Below, one piece after another: positions 25,301-37,340 of a stretch of DNA of 64,000 nucleotides. The stretch covers positions 7,688,001 through 7,752,000 of the forward strand of contig OZ176055.1 in the NCBI GenBank assembly GCA_964247055.1. Reading direction: 5' to 3'. Position 1 is the first letter of the stretch, and each line of letters opens with the position of its first letter. This DNA comes from Paragordius varius. Taxonomy: Eukaryota; Animalia; Nematomorpha. The position numbers and the translations under genes are program-made. The notes under the pieces are model-generated. The model was not told the DNA's origin. It saw only the letters and a list, made by a program, of their open reading frames with translations, and searched no databases.

Positions 25301-27277
25301 CCAACCGAAAGATTTTGTCCATGACCAATTACGAAAAATTGACCTTGCGTTTCTGTTGGCGGCCGCTTGTTAGATGTAGAAACATCCTTCAAAATTAGCC
25401 ACCAAAGATATTTAGGGGCTGGATTGGCGTCGGCCCAGCAGCTCTGGAAAAAGGCCCCATCTCTCAGCACATGGATTTGGTTTGGCAATTTAGGTTCTGC
25501 AAGGATCGGAGCGTCTATTATATTAATTAGGTTTATAATACATTCTCATAAAAAATAGACCATTCACAACTCAAATTCCCCCCTGGTTCCAAACATTTCA
25601 AATTCTCTCCTTGAACATTTAAAATTCACCCTAAAAACAGAGTATGTGTTTTGGGGTTAATCTATCTTAGTATGATATCAAATATTTTTGTATGGCATAG
25701 TTTGTCATATTTTTTTGTATAATGTTAATTTCAAAAACTAGTTTTTTGAATATATCATCAATATATAAAGGTATTTTTTGATTTCCAACATTTTAATTAG
25801 TTTTTAAGGTAAATTCGAAATGTTTAATAATGAATTTAAAGTCAATAATAAATTTGAAGTCTAAATGGTTTATATATAGTCATATATATATATTTACATT
25901 TAATGTCTAGTAACAATGATGTAGCCCATTCTTTAACTTCGGTAGATTTTTGATTCTCAGCATCAATTTTATTTGCTATCTCATTAGAGTCTTGTTGTGT
26001 AATTTGATTTATTTTCTGTAGCGCTTTGCACCAAATAACCTTACCATTATGCCTTCTACCCAAACCCGTTATTTTGAGAAACGTGGTTATAGTTTGAGTT
26101 TGATTTTCTCCATGCATATAGTTGGCTTCGGTATTACCTGAAATGCGTGAATGAGGAGGGTAAGGGATGGATAACTTTGGTATAATTTGAGTTTCTAGAT
26201 CAGGATCAGTTTCCCACACAAGTTGTCCAAACGGGATTCCGGCTTTAGCCCTACAAGCTAATTCTAATTCCATCAATGTTTTATGTTGATTGATTCCAAC
26301 GCCATCATTTTCATTTTGTGTGTCATTGGGGGCATTCTTTTGTCCTTGTAGCGACGGGGTTTCTAACGGAGGCAAAACTAAGCTGATTACGGTTGACTTA
26401 ACTAATTTTTTGTTGCGTACATCATCGACCGGTCGACTATTACTTAATGGCACGACGAAATGGTTTACACTATTTAATGAATATCTTGATGGGACTTTGT
26501 AAGCTGTTATGAGTGGATTATCGCTCGGGACTAGATAAAACATGTCACAAATCATTTTATAACAACACAATTTGTAATACTTAAAAAATTAAAATATAAA
26601 CACAAATGAGAGATATTAATATACTTACCCATTTCCACCAACCTAACGGGTTGCGAAAAATATCCCAACGAATTCAATCGCACATTCTTACGTAAACCAC
26701 AAAAGTATAGCCCTTCATCCGAATGAGATGCATTTTTTATGTTTAGTGTAAATTTGCTGGAAACGTTAGCAATTAAAGATGTAAGACTCGTTTTGTTAGT
26801 TTTAATTTGGATTGGGTGTATATCGTTTCGATCCTTAGTGTTCACAGACATGTGCATAAAATTGGAATTTAAATCATGACCCGTATATTGATATGAGTTT
26901 ATGCTCCAAAATAGATTGGAAAATATCACTGGTTCTAACGTTGCTGTTCTCTCCGCATTGTCAAGGATTATGGAGTCAGTAATTATTTTGGTTGATAATT
27001 TTACGGGTAATTCACAATTTATGGTGATATTTTGACCAGCCTTAAAATACAATGTTTCAACAACAGATTTTTCTTTATCATTAAGCATGTTGTTGACCGT
27101 GGTGACTTGGTAATATTGATCCTCATTAGTTGGATATAAATTGTTTAAATGTCCCTTCGATATTGTTTGCAATACAGGATTACTAAGTGGAATGGAAAAA
27201 ACACCACCAGGGCATAAACAGATACTTGTTAGCAAGAGTAAAAGTAATTTCATATTAATAAATCGTTGGGCCATCAT
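22352..27277 (-). CDS. Immunoglobulin-superfamily single-pass cell-adhesion protein (3 Ig domains; Kirrel/nectin/CADM-like architecture), ~969 aa
   Basis: Phase-consistent exons 27277-26629, 26530-25898, 25514-25044, 24857-24609, 24528-24438, 24161-23879, 22885-22352. Signal peptide (MKLLLLLLTSICLC), V-type Ig (GQNITINC..FTLNIKNASHSDEGLYFCG), C2-type Ig (LELACRAKAGIPFGQLVWET..HNGKVIWCKA), third Ig (KYAP..SCWADANPAPKYLWW..IMCEAYNEFG), TM (ILLTSAFCVLCLILTLMVFIFYTMFI), long cytoplasmic tail ending PTSV*. Confidence 0.88.
25560..25850. mobile_element. Diverged MITE family A copy in Ig-gene intron 2
   Basis: accattcacaactcaaattc...aaattcaccctaaaa and internal tatggcatagttt shared with the other copies; right TIR decayed. 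Confidence 0.55.
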
Positions 27278-29200
27278 TTTAAGCTAACGGTTATATTTGA
27301 TTTAGATTTATAAATCTATGGCATAATATTCCGTTTTTTTAGCAAGATTGCTTGGCCCTTCATGATTGATTTTATTTCGTAATAGAATGAAGCAAATGCA
27401 AAAAAAAGATGTCGTTTCGTTATCTAGGGATGATGTGAAAAATAAATATTTGATTTAGTAAAATAATATAATAAGAAACATGATTATAAATAATGGAAAT
27501 TGTTGATAATTATAAAATATTATTTATTGATTGATTGATTATAATTTTTTATATTTATAATATTTTATATTTCATTTTTATACAAACAAAGACACTCTCT
27601 ACCATTGTTTGTTCATTTCATCAGAAAAAATTAATGTTATAAATGTCCGATGGAGGAGATTTAGATTTTGAATATAAAGAAAGACGAATCCCCATTATAT
27701 CAATAAAAACACGACACAGAACAAACACATATATTATTATGTTTTAATAGATTTTAATTGTCATATATATATGAATAATCCTATATAATTTAAGCTAGAT
27801 ACGTATATATATAAGCTATAAAAACGTAATTACGCATAATAATTACAGAATAACTAAGCCATATTTCCGTTATATTATCCTGTATTTCTGGGGTCCTAAT
27901 CCCTCTCTCTTTTCTTAATAAATCATACATAATGTTTTTTTGTATTAATATCATTATTATTGATCTATCTCTTCACATAACTTTTATTGCAGCAAAAAAC
28001 ATAAAAATGAAAAAATTGTTTTACCTGTAAAAAACTTTTGGTATAAATTTTAAGATAGAAAACTTATTTTGGAAAGGATAATATCCAGATTTCCCAAACA
28101 CTTACTTTTAAAAAACTTTACCAGAAAAAAAGTTGATGTAATTTTAATTTTTAAGCCATACTTAAACTATGGTGAAGTGTATGTATAGTTTCACAAATGA
28201 AATTTTTCATTTTTATCAAAGTAACTCGAGTACACACACAAATATCTATTTAGGTCAAAAATTATTTTTCATAGTTTGAGTTTAAGATATATTTTTTATT
28301 TTACTAGTTTGGTGGATTATATTGAAATAGGAAGAGAAATGCATATTTTCCAGGCAAACTTGTTAAAAAATTTAATTTTTTGCAAAAAATTATATACATA
28401 CAATTAGATAACGAAACCAGGTAACGTGAAAAGCATTAATATATCATTACTCCCACACACTTGAACTTTTTTAATTAATATTTATTTTTTACAAAAAAAA
28501 TTATTTATATTTAAAAAAAATTTACGTAAAAATGTAATATATGTCTATATGGATATGATAGAGTCAGAAACTCAAGGCAAAACAAACAATCAAGCCATAC
28601 TCTCATATCAAAATCGTGGCCAAATCAATGCGTATAGGTAACTTTAGAAAGGTGTGAAATAAAATTATAACTTTTTTTTCTTTTATTTAATTTTTTTTGC
28701 TAGAAAATGATATATTATTACATAATATATGTTTAAGTTAAAAAAAAAATTTTTCGATCAAATTTTATATATATTATACAAATATTTTTCATTGATAGGA
28801 GATAACAATAACGGTTATGATATTATTCTCTTTGTATTTTAAGGCTTATTGTATAATAAAACAAATTTTAAAGCAAAAATATTTAATTTTTAATAGATTT
28901 GTAACATATAAAATCTGACCTTTTGAATTGAGTAACTAAATTTACTATATATATATATATATATATATATTCAAGCCATATTTTGAATCTATCGTGTGCA
29001 AAACCTTACAGTTATATTAAAGGAATATTTTTAAATTCTCACTTAAAGCTTTAAAATATCTTGATTTTGTAAAAATTTAGTAATAGCAATTTTAGAAAAT
29101 TCGTTGAGAAACATTTATATTCTAATGGTTAACACTCAAAACAATCAATGAGATTAAATATTTTAAGTCTAAAATTTTATATAAATAATTATTAATTTGT

Positions 29201-29204
<4 letters not shown>

Positions 29205-29257
<53 letters not shown>
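29205..29257. repeat. (TA)n microsatellite (others at 28946-28970, 44612-44632, 51366-51388; (AAT)n at 33130-33155 and 40553-40572; (GT)n at 31861-31876)
   Basis: Directly visible. Confidence 0.95.
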
Positions 29258-29260
<3 letters not shown>

Positions 29261-31393
29261 GAATGTAAAACAAATTATTTTTGTATCTTAGGCATATATA
29301 ACTGCAAAATTGGTAAAAAAACAGGTATATTAACCTAAATTTTAAATTTAGTTTTCATACAGACTAGAGGTAGATAGATACTATGTTATATACTCGTTTT
29401 ATATAATTACTTTCTTTTATCAAAACAACATTTATTTATCCTAATTATATTTCAAAAAAAGCAAGCATTCACGTCATTTTAATGTAAATTTTATATTAGA
29501 GAAGTTAAATAATATAATATGTCGATGAACACGCAAAATAAATTATAATTTTTGCAAAAGAAAATTATTTTATAATATATGTTGTACCAATACAACACTT
29601 AAAATTATGTCACACCTGCCCAATTTAAAACAATAGAGACATGTTGTTTGTTTTTCTATGAAAAGTCAAATGACATATTTGAAAGTATAGTTGCTTCTTT
29701 TGTCCAAACAATAAAAATGACCTTATGCTCCACATCGATTTTTATGACGAATGGTAAGTACTTATACTTATATAAAACCCAATAAAGTCTCATAAAGAAT
29801 TTGGTTAGATTTAAAAGTTGGTTAATTTATGGAGAATAAAATTAAATTTTAAGTTATTAGGTTATTGGTAGAAACCTTTATACTATATGTTTATTCAAAT
29901 TATTAGGGAACTTTATAATCACAAGCATTACGATAAAAATCTTTAATCGAAAATCCAGTTTTAAATATGTAATGTTCCAATAAAATTTGATAAATAAATT
30001 ACCTTCAATCAATAAGGATATCCAATTTGGTTGAGATTTTAGGTTTGATATCCAAAAACGAGCTAATGAATATAATTAAGAATTTTTGCGATTGTGATTT
30101 ATTTGATTGATTGATCGAACGACGGATAGATAATTATGTATATATTCTACTATATGTAATTAGTCAGCACTTGGTGTGATTATATAAAAATTTTATAATT
30201 AATAATGATAATTGCGAATTAAACAAATAAAAAAATGCAAATTTGCAAATATATAAAGCCTATATCTGATCTTCAATCAAAAGCATACAGGATGTAAGGT
30301 AGGTAGGTATTCCGATATTTTTAATGATTGAATCAACAACAATTTGTATACATAAAATGTAAGTTCAAAGGTGTGTGTGTTTGTGTTTCGATTGAAATTT
30401 TCAAGAGATAATAAATAATATATGCAGCAGTTTTCTTGTAATGTACAATTCCTTAAAGAAGATGTTTTTCCATGAAAACGAAAACTATACATTCATTACA
30501 GGTAAGAAATAAGATGATAATTGCTCTGTAGATTAGCTATCATTATAATAGAGAAAGAAATTAAATTTTTTCTGATATATATTATTTAAAAATGTGAATT
30601 ATCATTTGATTCGAAATATATGAAATGAATTTCCGCACACACGCAAAAGAAGAAAATAGATATGATATATATTAGGTTTTTGTTATCAAATTATTATATT
30701 TATTTCTTTAAAGGTACGTTTTTAAGAATAGAGGTATACTAGCGAATTACAATTTCAAGTATTATGGGGGGAGTATGGATATTTACATAAATCGAATTAT
30801 AGGCTTAAAATCGAAAGACAATTAAAAAATCGTTAAAAAAAATACAAACTAAAATTGAAATAGCATTAAGAAAAATTATTAAATCTTAATCCCGATATAT
30901 TAATAAATGTTTGTTTAAGAGCTCCTTCATATATATATATATACATGCGTGGCTTTATAATTACACCTTGAAAAAATCCTGGCAAATAATTTTTTATATA
31001 GCTTTATTTTTTATTTTAAAATCCACATTATTTTATACCAAAAAATATACCTCAACATAAGAAAAGGTTCAATTATTTTCCATTGTATGTATAAAAAAAT
31101 ATTGTTGTGTATTTAACCTGTCATTGTCACAATTTATATGTGTTGTTTTAACATTGTATATACAGTAATGTATGGTATATTTTTTATTTCGTTGATAATC
31201 AAACAAAAAAGTAAATGGAAGAGATATTTAATTTTCAGCTATTCGTTATTTTATACCATACACTGTTGTATGAAAAAAGATGTATATATACCTACCTACC
31301 TTGTTTGTTAACATTAAACAAATATTCTGCAGATCCTTATCAGAATCCTCATTCGTATTTATATAAAAAATCTTACAATCGCTTTTATATATA

Positions 31394-31559
31394 CAGTGGC
31401 GTATGGAGTAAAAGATTGTTAGTGCAAAATAGAAAAAAAAATGTTTTTTTTTTAAAAACAAGGGGACATTATACATATGTGTATTTACAACTAGGATTTT
31501 AAAAAAAACATTTTTTTATTCAATTTTGCACTAACAATCTTTTACTCCATACGCCACTG
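31394..31559. mobile_element. 166-bp fold-back MITE (family B, TIR CAGTGGCGTATGGAGTAAAAG...), TA-flanked
   Basis: Left arm cagtggcgtatggagtaaaagattgttagtgcaaaat is the exact reverse complement of the right arm attttgcactaacaatcttttactccatacgccactg; degenerate relatives at ~31164-31266 and an end at ~32540-32557. Confidence 0.85.
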
Positions 31560-34036
31560 TATATATATATATATATAATTAACAAATTTATTTAAAAAAT
31601 TATTTTCATTAATATCATAAAAAGAAGGTAATTTTCAAGACTTAGTGTACAAGAAAAATTTTTTATTAACTTGTTGACCATAAAAATGTCGCAACAATTC
31701 CGAAAGAGAGTTGTCATCGGATGACGGAAGACAAGAAATGTCATCTTAGAATAAATTCTACCTTACATTTATTTTTTCGGTAAAAAAAAGTACACCTTAA
31801 ACACAATAAATTATGAATTTAAAATTAAAAAAAATAGTCTATGATGAGGGTATTGAACAGGTGTGTGTGTGTGTGTATGTCATCTTTTAATAAATATGTT
31901 ATGCAAACAGAACTTTATATATATATTTAAGAAAAACACTATTGCAAAACTATGTTTGGATTTCAAAAAGTTGATTTAATCAGTTTGACAAAATGTTAAT
32001 AAAAGGACTTTATTAAATAATCTGAGGTATATAATCTGTCTAGTACAAGCAATTTTTAATTAAATGTAATTGTTTTTCGATCAGGTTTTACTATTTTTAG
32101 ACATATATTTTACTAGTTTCAAAAAAAATGTTAATATCTAGACCATTTAATAAAGAAACCATATTTTTAATAATGCATTGGTTATTTTATAATAGTTTTG
32201 GGCTGCAATGATAGAGTTACACGATTTTAATAGGTACCATATTCAATTTAAATTCCGCACTTGTCAAAAGGTTCTACATAAAATCAGAGATCCATATTTT
32301 TTTTATAAAAAAATATGGGTTTATTTAAGTTTTATCCCTTATTGTAAATAAATTATTACTTTGCCGGAAGAAACTAAAAAAACATTTATTATCATTTCCC
32401 TAAGATTTTATCTTCAAAAGGATCTAAAAAGAATATTCTACATAAGCATATGGTAAAAAAACAACTAATGATAACAATTAAAAAAATTCTCCATTCTTTA
32501 ACATTTATTATATTTATTTAACATTGGACTAACTTTTTTTATACCATACGCTACTGTATATTGAATTAAAAGCAATATCTGTGAACGAGATCAAAAAAAA
32601 ATTATCGGACATCCTTAGGTATTATGCCAAATACCGAAATAAACTGATACGTATATTCAATTTTAAATAAATTTTAATAAAATATATATTTACTTAAAAT
32701 ATATGTAATTACATCTCAATCAATATTTATTTAGAACATGCCATCCATTTCATCCTTCTATATACACCTTTAAATATAACAAAAATGACACAAAAATTAC
32801 CTCTGAAATACATTATCTCTTAATATATGTATGTATGTAAATTGATCATTAGACAGCATTTCGATCACGCATATATAACATATTAATTTTTGTAGAATTT
32901 GATATTGATTGATTTTAATTGATTTTGTCGTTTTACTGAAGAATGGCCTAATTACATGCTGTGAGATTAATAGATAAAAAAATACATATATATTTTGTTA
33001 GGAAATGAAAAATTAGGACAATTCAATTTTTAGAGACTTATACCATCATCGACAAAATTAATATGAAATGGACATATGTCTATTAACCTAATTACAATAA
33101 ATAAATATAGTGTGATAAGTTTAATACAGTAATAATAATAATAATAATAATAATAAGGAAATAGACATTTAAATTTATATATTTTGTCGATTTAAATATT
33201 TATTTTAAAGTTACTATAAATTTTATTTTTATTGCTATGAGATTTTTTAGTCCTCCACTTCTAGTAGAAGGAATGAATGATCCAAATAACACCACCTTGT
33301 CATTTTTTTCCTAGAGTCGATGATGCTTTGAATTTGCTTTTCCTTCTTACGGTAGCGTATGGTAATAAACAACAAATGGTTGATGTTGAAAAAAATTCGT
33401 ATGTAAACATTAATTTTGTTTATATATTATGGGCAATTTTTTTAATGCCATATATGCTAGTGTATATATTCCATATATGTAATTTGCTTAAAAAATTAAA
33501 TAAAAAAAAATTACATTAACACTTGAATGGCGATGAAAGAGAATATGAGCTTTTATCGCCGGCGCTATATTGATCTAATTTTCGGACGTATTATACATAA
33601 TAAAACTTTGACAAAGGCAAACATGTATTATAAAGGTAAATTATTTCTCTAAGGAATTATACAATCTAAAAGGTAAGTTTTATTCACCTGTTTATAGAAT
33701 ACTACTTAAAATAAAACTAGCACATTTTTATCAAAAAATATAAATAAATACTTTAATCTTAATACAAAGCTTACCCATCATATTTTTGATTTAAAGTACA
33801 TACTTTAAACAACCATATCATATTTCCTTTTAAACAAAAAAATATACATTAAAAACTCTTTGAGAAGCTACAGGAGTTAATAAAGTTGCCGCACATTATA
33901 TTTAATTTTTTTTAAGTAATATCAATATCAATTAATCATTTTGAAATAAATTATACTTAGTACCTTAAAATGTTTTATAACAGAATACTTTATCTATAGT
34001 TGAAAATCAATCTTTTAATGAAATAACTATGGCTAA

Positions 34037-37000
34037 TCTATATATTTATAAAAATGAAAAGTGGTGGCTTTGTGATCTGTTTCCGGAAAACCGGTAGAGC
34101 CATTCAAATCCAAACATCGAAAAAATATAATCATTAATGAATGCCCCGACTATAGCTTCGCCCTTTTTTTGATTTTTTGAAAACAGAACACAAAAATCGT
34201 GTCTTTGAGACAATTTTCTAGAGAACGTGTTGGACCATAATTTCAAATATGATTTTTGTTTATTTATTTTCTATTGCGCCTAACATAGTCGGCTCGCTTT
34301 TTTAATTAGGCCCTCTTTATACCCGCTCCACCCGTAAAATGCCATTTTTTTCAAAAAACAAAGTCCACAAAAATAATTTTTTAAATCTATTTTTCGCCCT
34401 ATGTATGAGACCGTAAAAATTCAATAAGGATTCTACGTATTCCCTGTTAAAAGGCAAAAATTTTAGTCAAGCGTTTTTTTGATGATAGCTGCTGGTTAAG
34501 GAGTACCCGCGAAAAACTGACCCGTATTATCGAAATAGCCTGCTTTTGGGGCTAAATTTCAGAAAACCTATCAGGCCATATGAGTTCGATAGCTTAAAGT
34601 ATTACCCGTAAAAATCAAATATTTAAGTCGAGCGGAATTTTTGAATTAGACGTTAAATAGGCCCTTTACTCTCTAAAAATTCGCTATCATATACTATTAT
34701 TTAGTTTTGAAGGCACTATTTTCATTAACTAATAGGAATGAACGATGATTCCAGGTATAAAAACTATTTTATTATCTAGCTACATTTTTATATTGGCCTC
34801 TCGGTAGGGGGCTACCCGCCAACAACTGCGCCATCATATCGATACAGCATGCCTTTGGAGCCAAATTTCAGATATTAGACGATGTAAATCATTTTGAAAC
34901 TTCGTGCGACATATCAAAATTGCTTATAAAATCAAAAATATAATATGCTCATCTCGAGGAAGTCCTTCAGATTTCTGGGAGGGGGGGAGCTTCGCCCTTT
35001 TTTCGAATTAGGCCCCCAGTTCGGGCCCACTCCGTGTAAGTAACGGGTCTTTTTTGAAAACAAGTCCACAAAAATCTTGTCTTTGAGACAATTTTCCGGA
35101 GAACGTGTTGGATCATTCAATTTCCAATATGATTTTTGTTTGGTTATTTTCGATTGCGCCGAACTAGTCGTCTCGCCTTTTTAATTTAGGCCCTCTTTTT
35201 ACCCGCTCCCCCCTAAAATGCCATTTTTTCAAAAATCAAAGTCCACAAAAATATTTTTTTAATCTATTTTTCACCCAAGGTATGAGACCGTAAAAATTCA
35301 ATAAAGGCAAAAATTCTAGTCAAGCGTTTCTTTGATGGTAGCTGCTGGGTAAGGAGCTACCCGCTAAAATCTGATCCGTCATGTGGCTTTGTGATCTGTT
35401 TCCGGAAAAGCGGTAGACCCATTCAAATCCAAATATCGAAAAAATATAATATTAAATGAATGTTCCGACAATAGCTTCGCCATGTTTTTTGAATTAGGCC
35501 TCCAGTTCGGGTCCACCATGTGTAAAAACGGGTTTATGTCTTTGAGGCAGTTTTCCCGAAAACGTGTTGCACCCTTTTTTAATATGATTTTTTTTACTTT
35601 TTTTCGATTGCGCCGAACATAGTCGGCTCGCTTTTTTAATTTAGGCCCTCTTTTTACCCGCTTCCCCCGTAAAATGCCACTTTTTTCAAAAAAATTAAGT
35701 CCACAAAAATAATTTTTTAAATCTATTTTTCGCCCTATGTATGAGACCGTAAAAATTCATTAAGGAAAGGTCCTTTTAAAAGGCAAAAACTTTAGTCGTG
35801 CGTTTCTTTTATATTGCCCGCGTAAGGAGCTACACGCTAAAAACTGATCCGTCATATCCAAATAATGTGTCTTTGGGGCTAAATTTCAGAAAACCGGCCA
35901 TATGAGTTCAATCCATGCTAAAAATTTTACCCGTATTTAAGTCGTGGGGTTTTTAAAATTTGCCGTTTAGGCCCTTCACGCCCTGAAAAAGATTCCACCA
36001 TAGAATAGGCAATTCCGAAAACTAATGAGAGCATATGGAATCAATCATGACAGGTTTCTCCGTAAAAAGGCAAAAATTTTAATCAACCATGTATCAGCCT
36101 CTGGTAGGGAGCTACCCGCCTACAACTGCGACACCATATCAAAATTGTGTTTTTTAGGAGTTAAATTATCAGAAAACCTATCAGGCCATATAAGTTTTAT
36201 AAGGGCCCGAAATATTACCGTAAAAAGGCAAAAATTCAAGTCAAGCGGTTTTTTTAATTAGCGGTTAAATAGGTTCTGGGTGGGAGGCTACCCGCGTAAA
36301 AACACGTCATTATATCGATACAGCATGCTTTTGGAGCCAAATTTCAGAAAACATATGAGACTATGTGAGTTTTATTACCCCTTAAAAGCAATATTATAGA
36401 TAGGGGGTTATTTCTATGAGTCGCTAAGAAAAGTTTTACGTCCTGAAAAATTCGCCACCATAGAACGATTTTTTGGATTTGAAGCAATATATCCAAGAAC
36501 TTATAGGAACATATGGATAATTCCAGATAAAGGACAAAAATTTTGCCCGACGCTTTTTTTACCTGCCTCTGGGTAAGAAGCTACCCGCCAAAAACTGTGC
36601 CACTATAAGGAAATTGCGTTCTTTTGGAACTAATTTAAAACTTATGCCATATGAGCTCATTTAAAGTTCGAAATATTAACCGTAATTAGGTAAAAATTGA
36701 GGTCAGGCCTTTTTTATTAGCCGTTACTAAAAATACGCCATCATATAACGAGTTTTTAGTGTTGAGGTATTTTTTCGAATAACCCGAGACGTCTCAAAGA
36801 TTCCGAATATTTTCCCTATAAGGGCAAAAAATTTAACTTAGCGCTTTTTCCATATAGGCCTATGGGTAGGGGTCTACCGGTTTAAAACTGAGACGCCATA
36901 CAAAAATGGCGTGGCTTTGAAGCTAATTTTCAAAAAACTAAAGAAACCATAAGAGTTCAATAAAAGCTTTTAATATTACCCATAAAAAAAGTAAAAATTA

Positions 37001-37212
37001 TAGTATAGCGGTTTTTTCCGTTAGCCGTCAATTTGGGGCCTTTACACTAGTAAACAATATATTAGTATGAATGCACCGTTTTGAAAATCCTATGAGATCA
37101 TAGCTATTAAATAAGGTCTCGAAATAATCCACTTACATGGATCATTTTTTTGTCCCTTTTTTCAAATAGCCCCCCCTCCCCAGAAGTCCGAAGCACACGA
37201 GATTTACCCTAG
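34037..37212 (+). mobile_element. Non-autonomous Helitron with internal ~290-310-bp repeat array and internal duplication
   Basis: Starts A|TCTATATA, ends CCCTAG|T; collinear with 42304-44612; recurring motif GGAGCTACCCGC.AAAACTG at ~34500, 34807, 35352, 35826, 36108, 36284, 36577, 36871; 5' block gtggctttgtgatctgtttccggaaaa occurs at both ~34063 and ~35383. Confidence 0.75.
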
Positions 37213-37340
37213 TTTAAAATAATATATTAAAAAATTTATTTATACAGTTAACACAAATCTAATCACAACCGTTCCACCTAACGCAATATATACTATAGTT
37301 ATAGATAAATTAGTGGAAGTAATTGTGGAAAGCAATCTTC

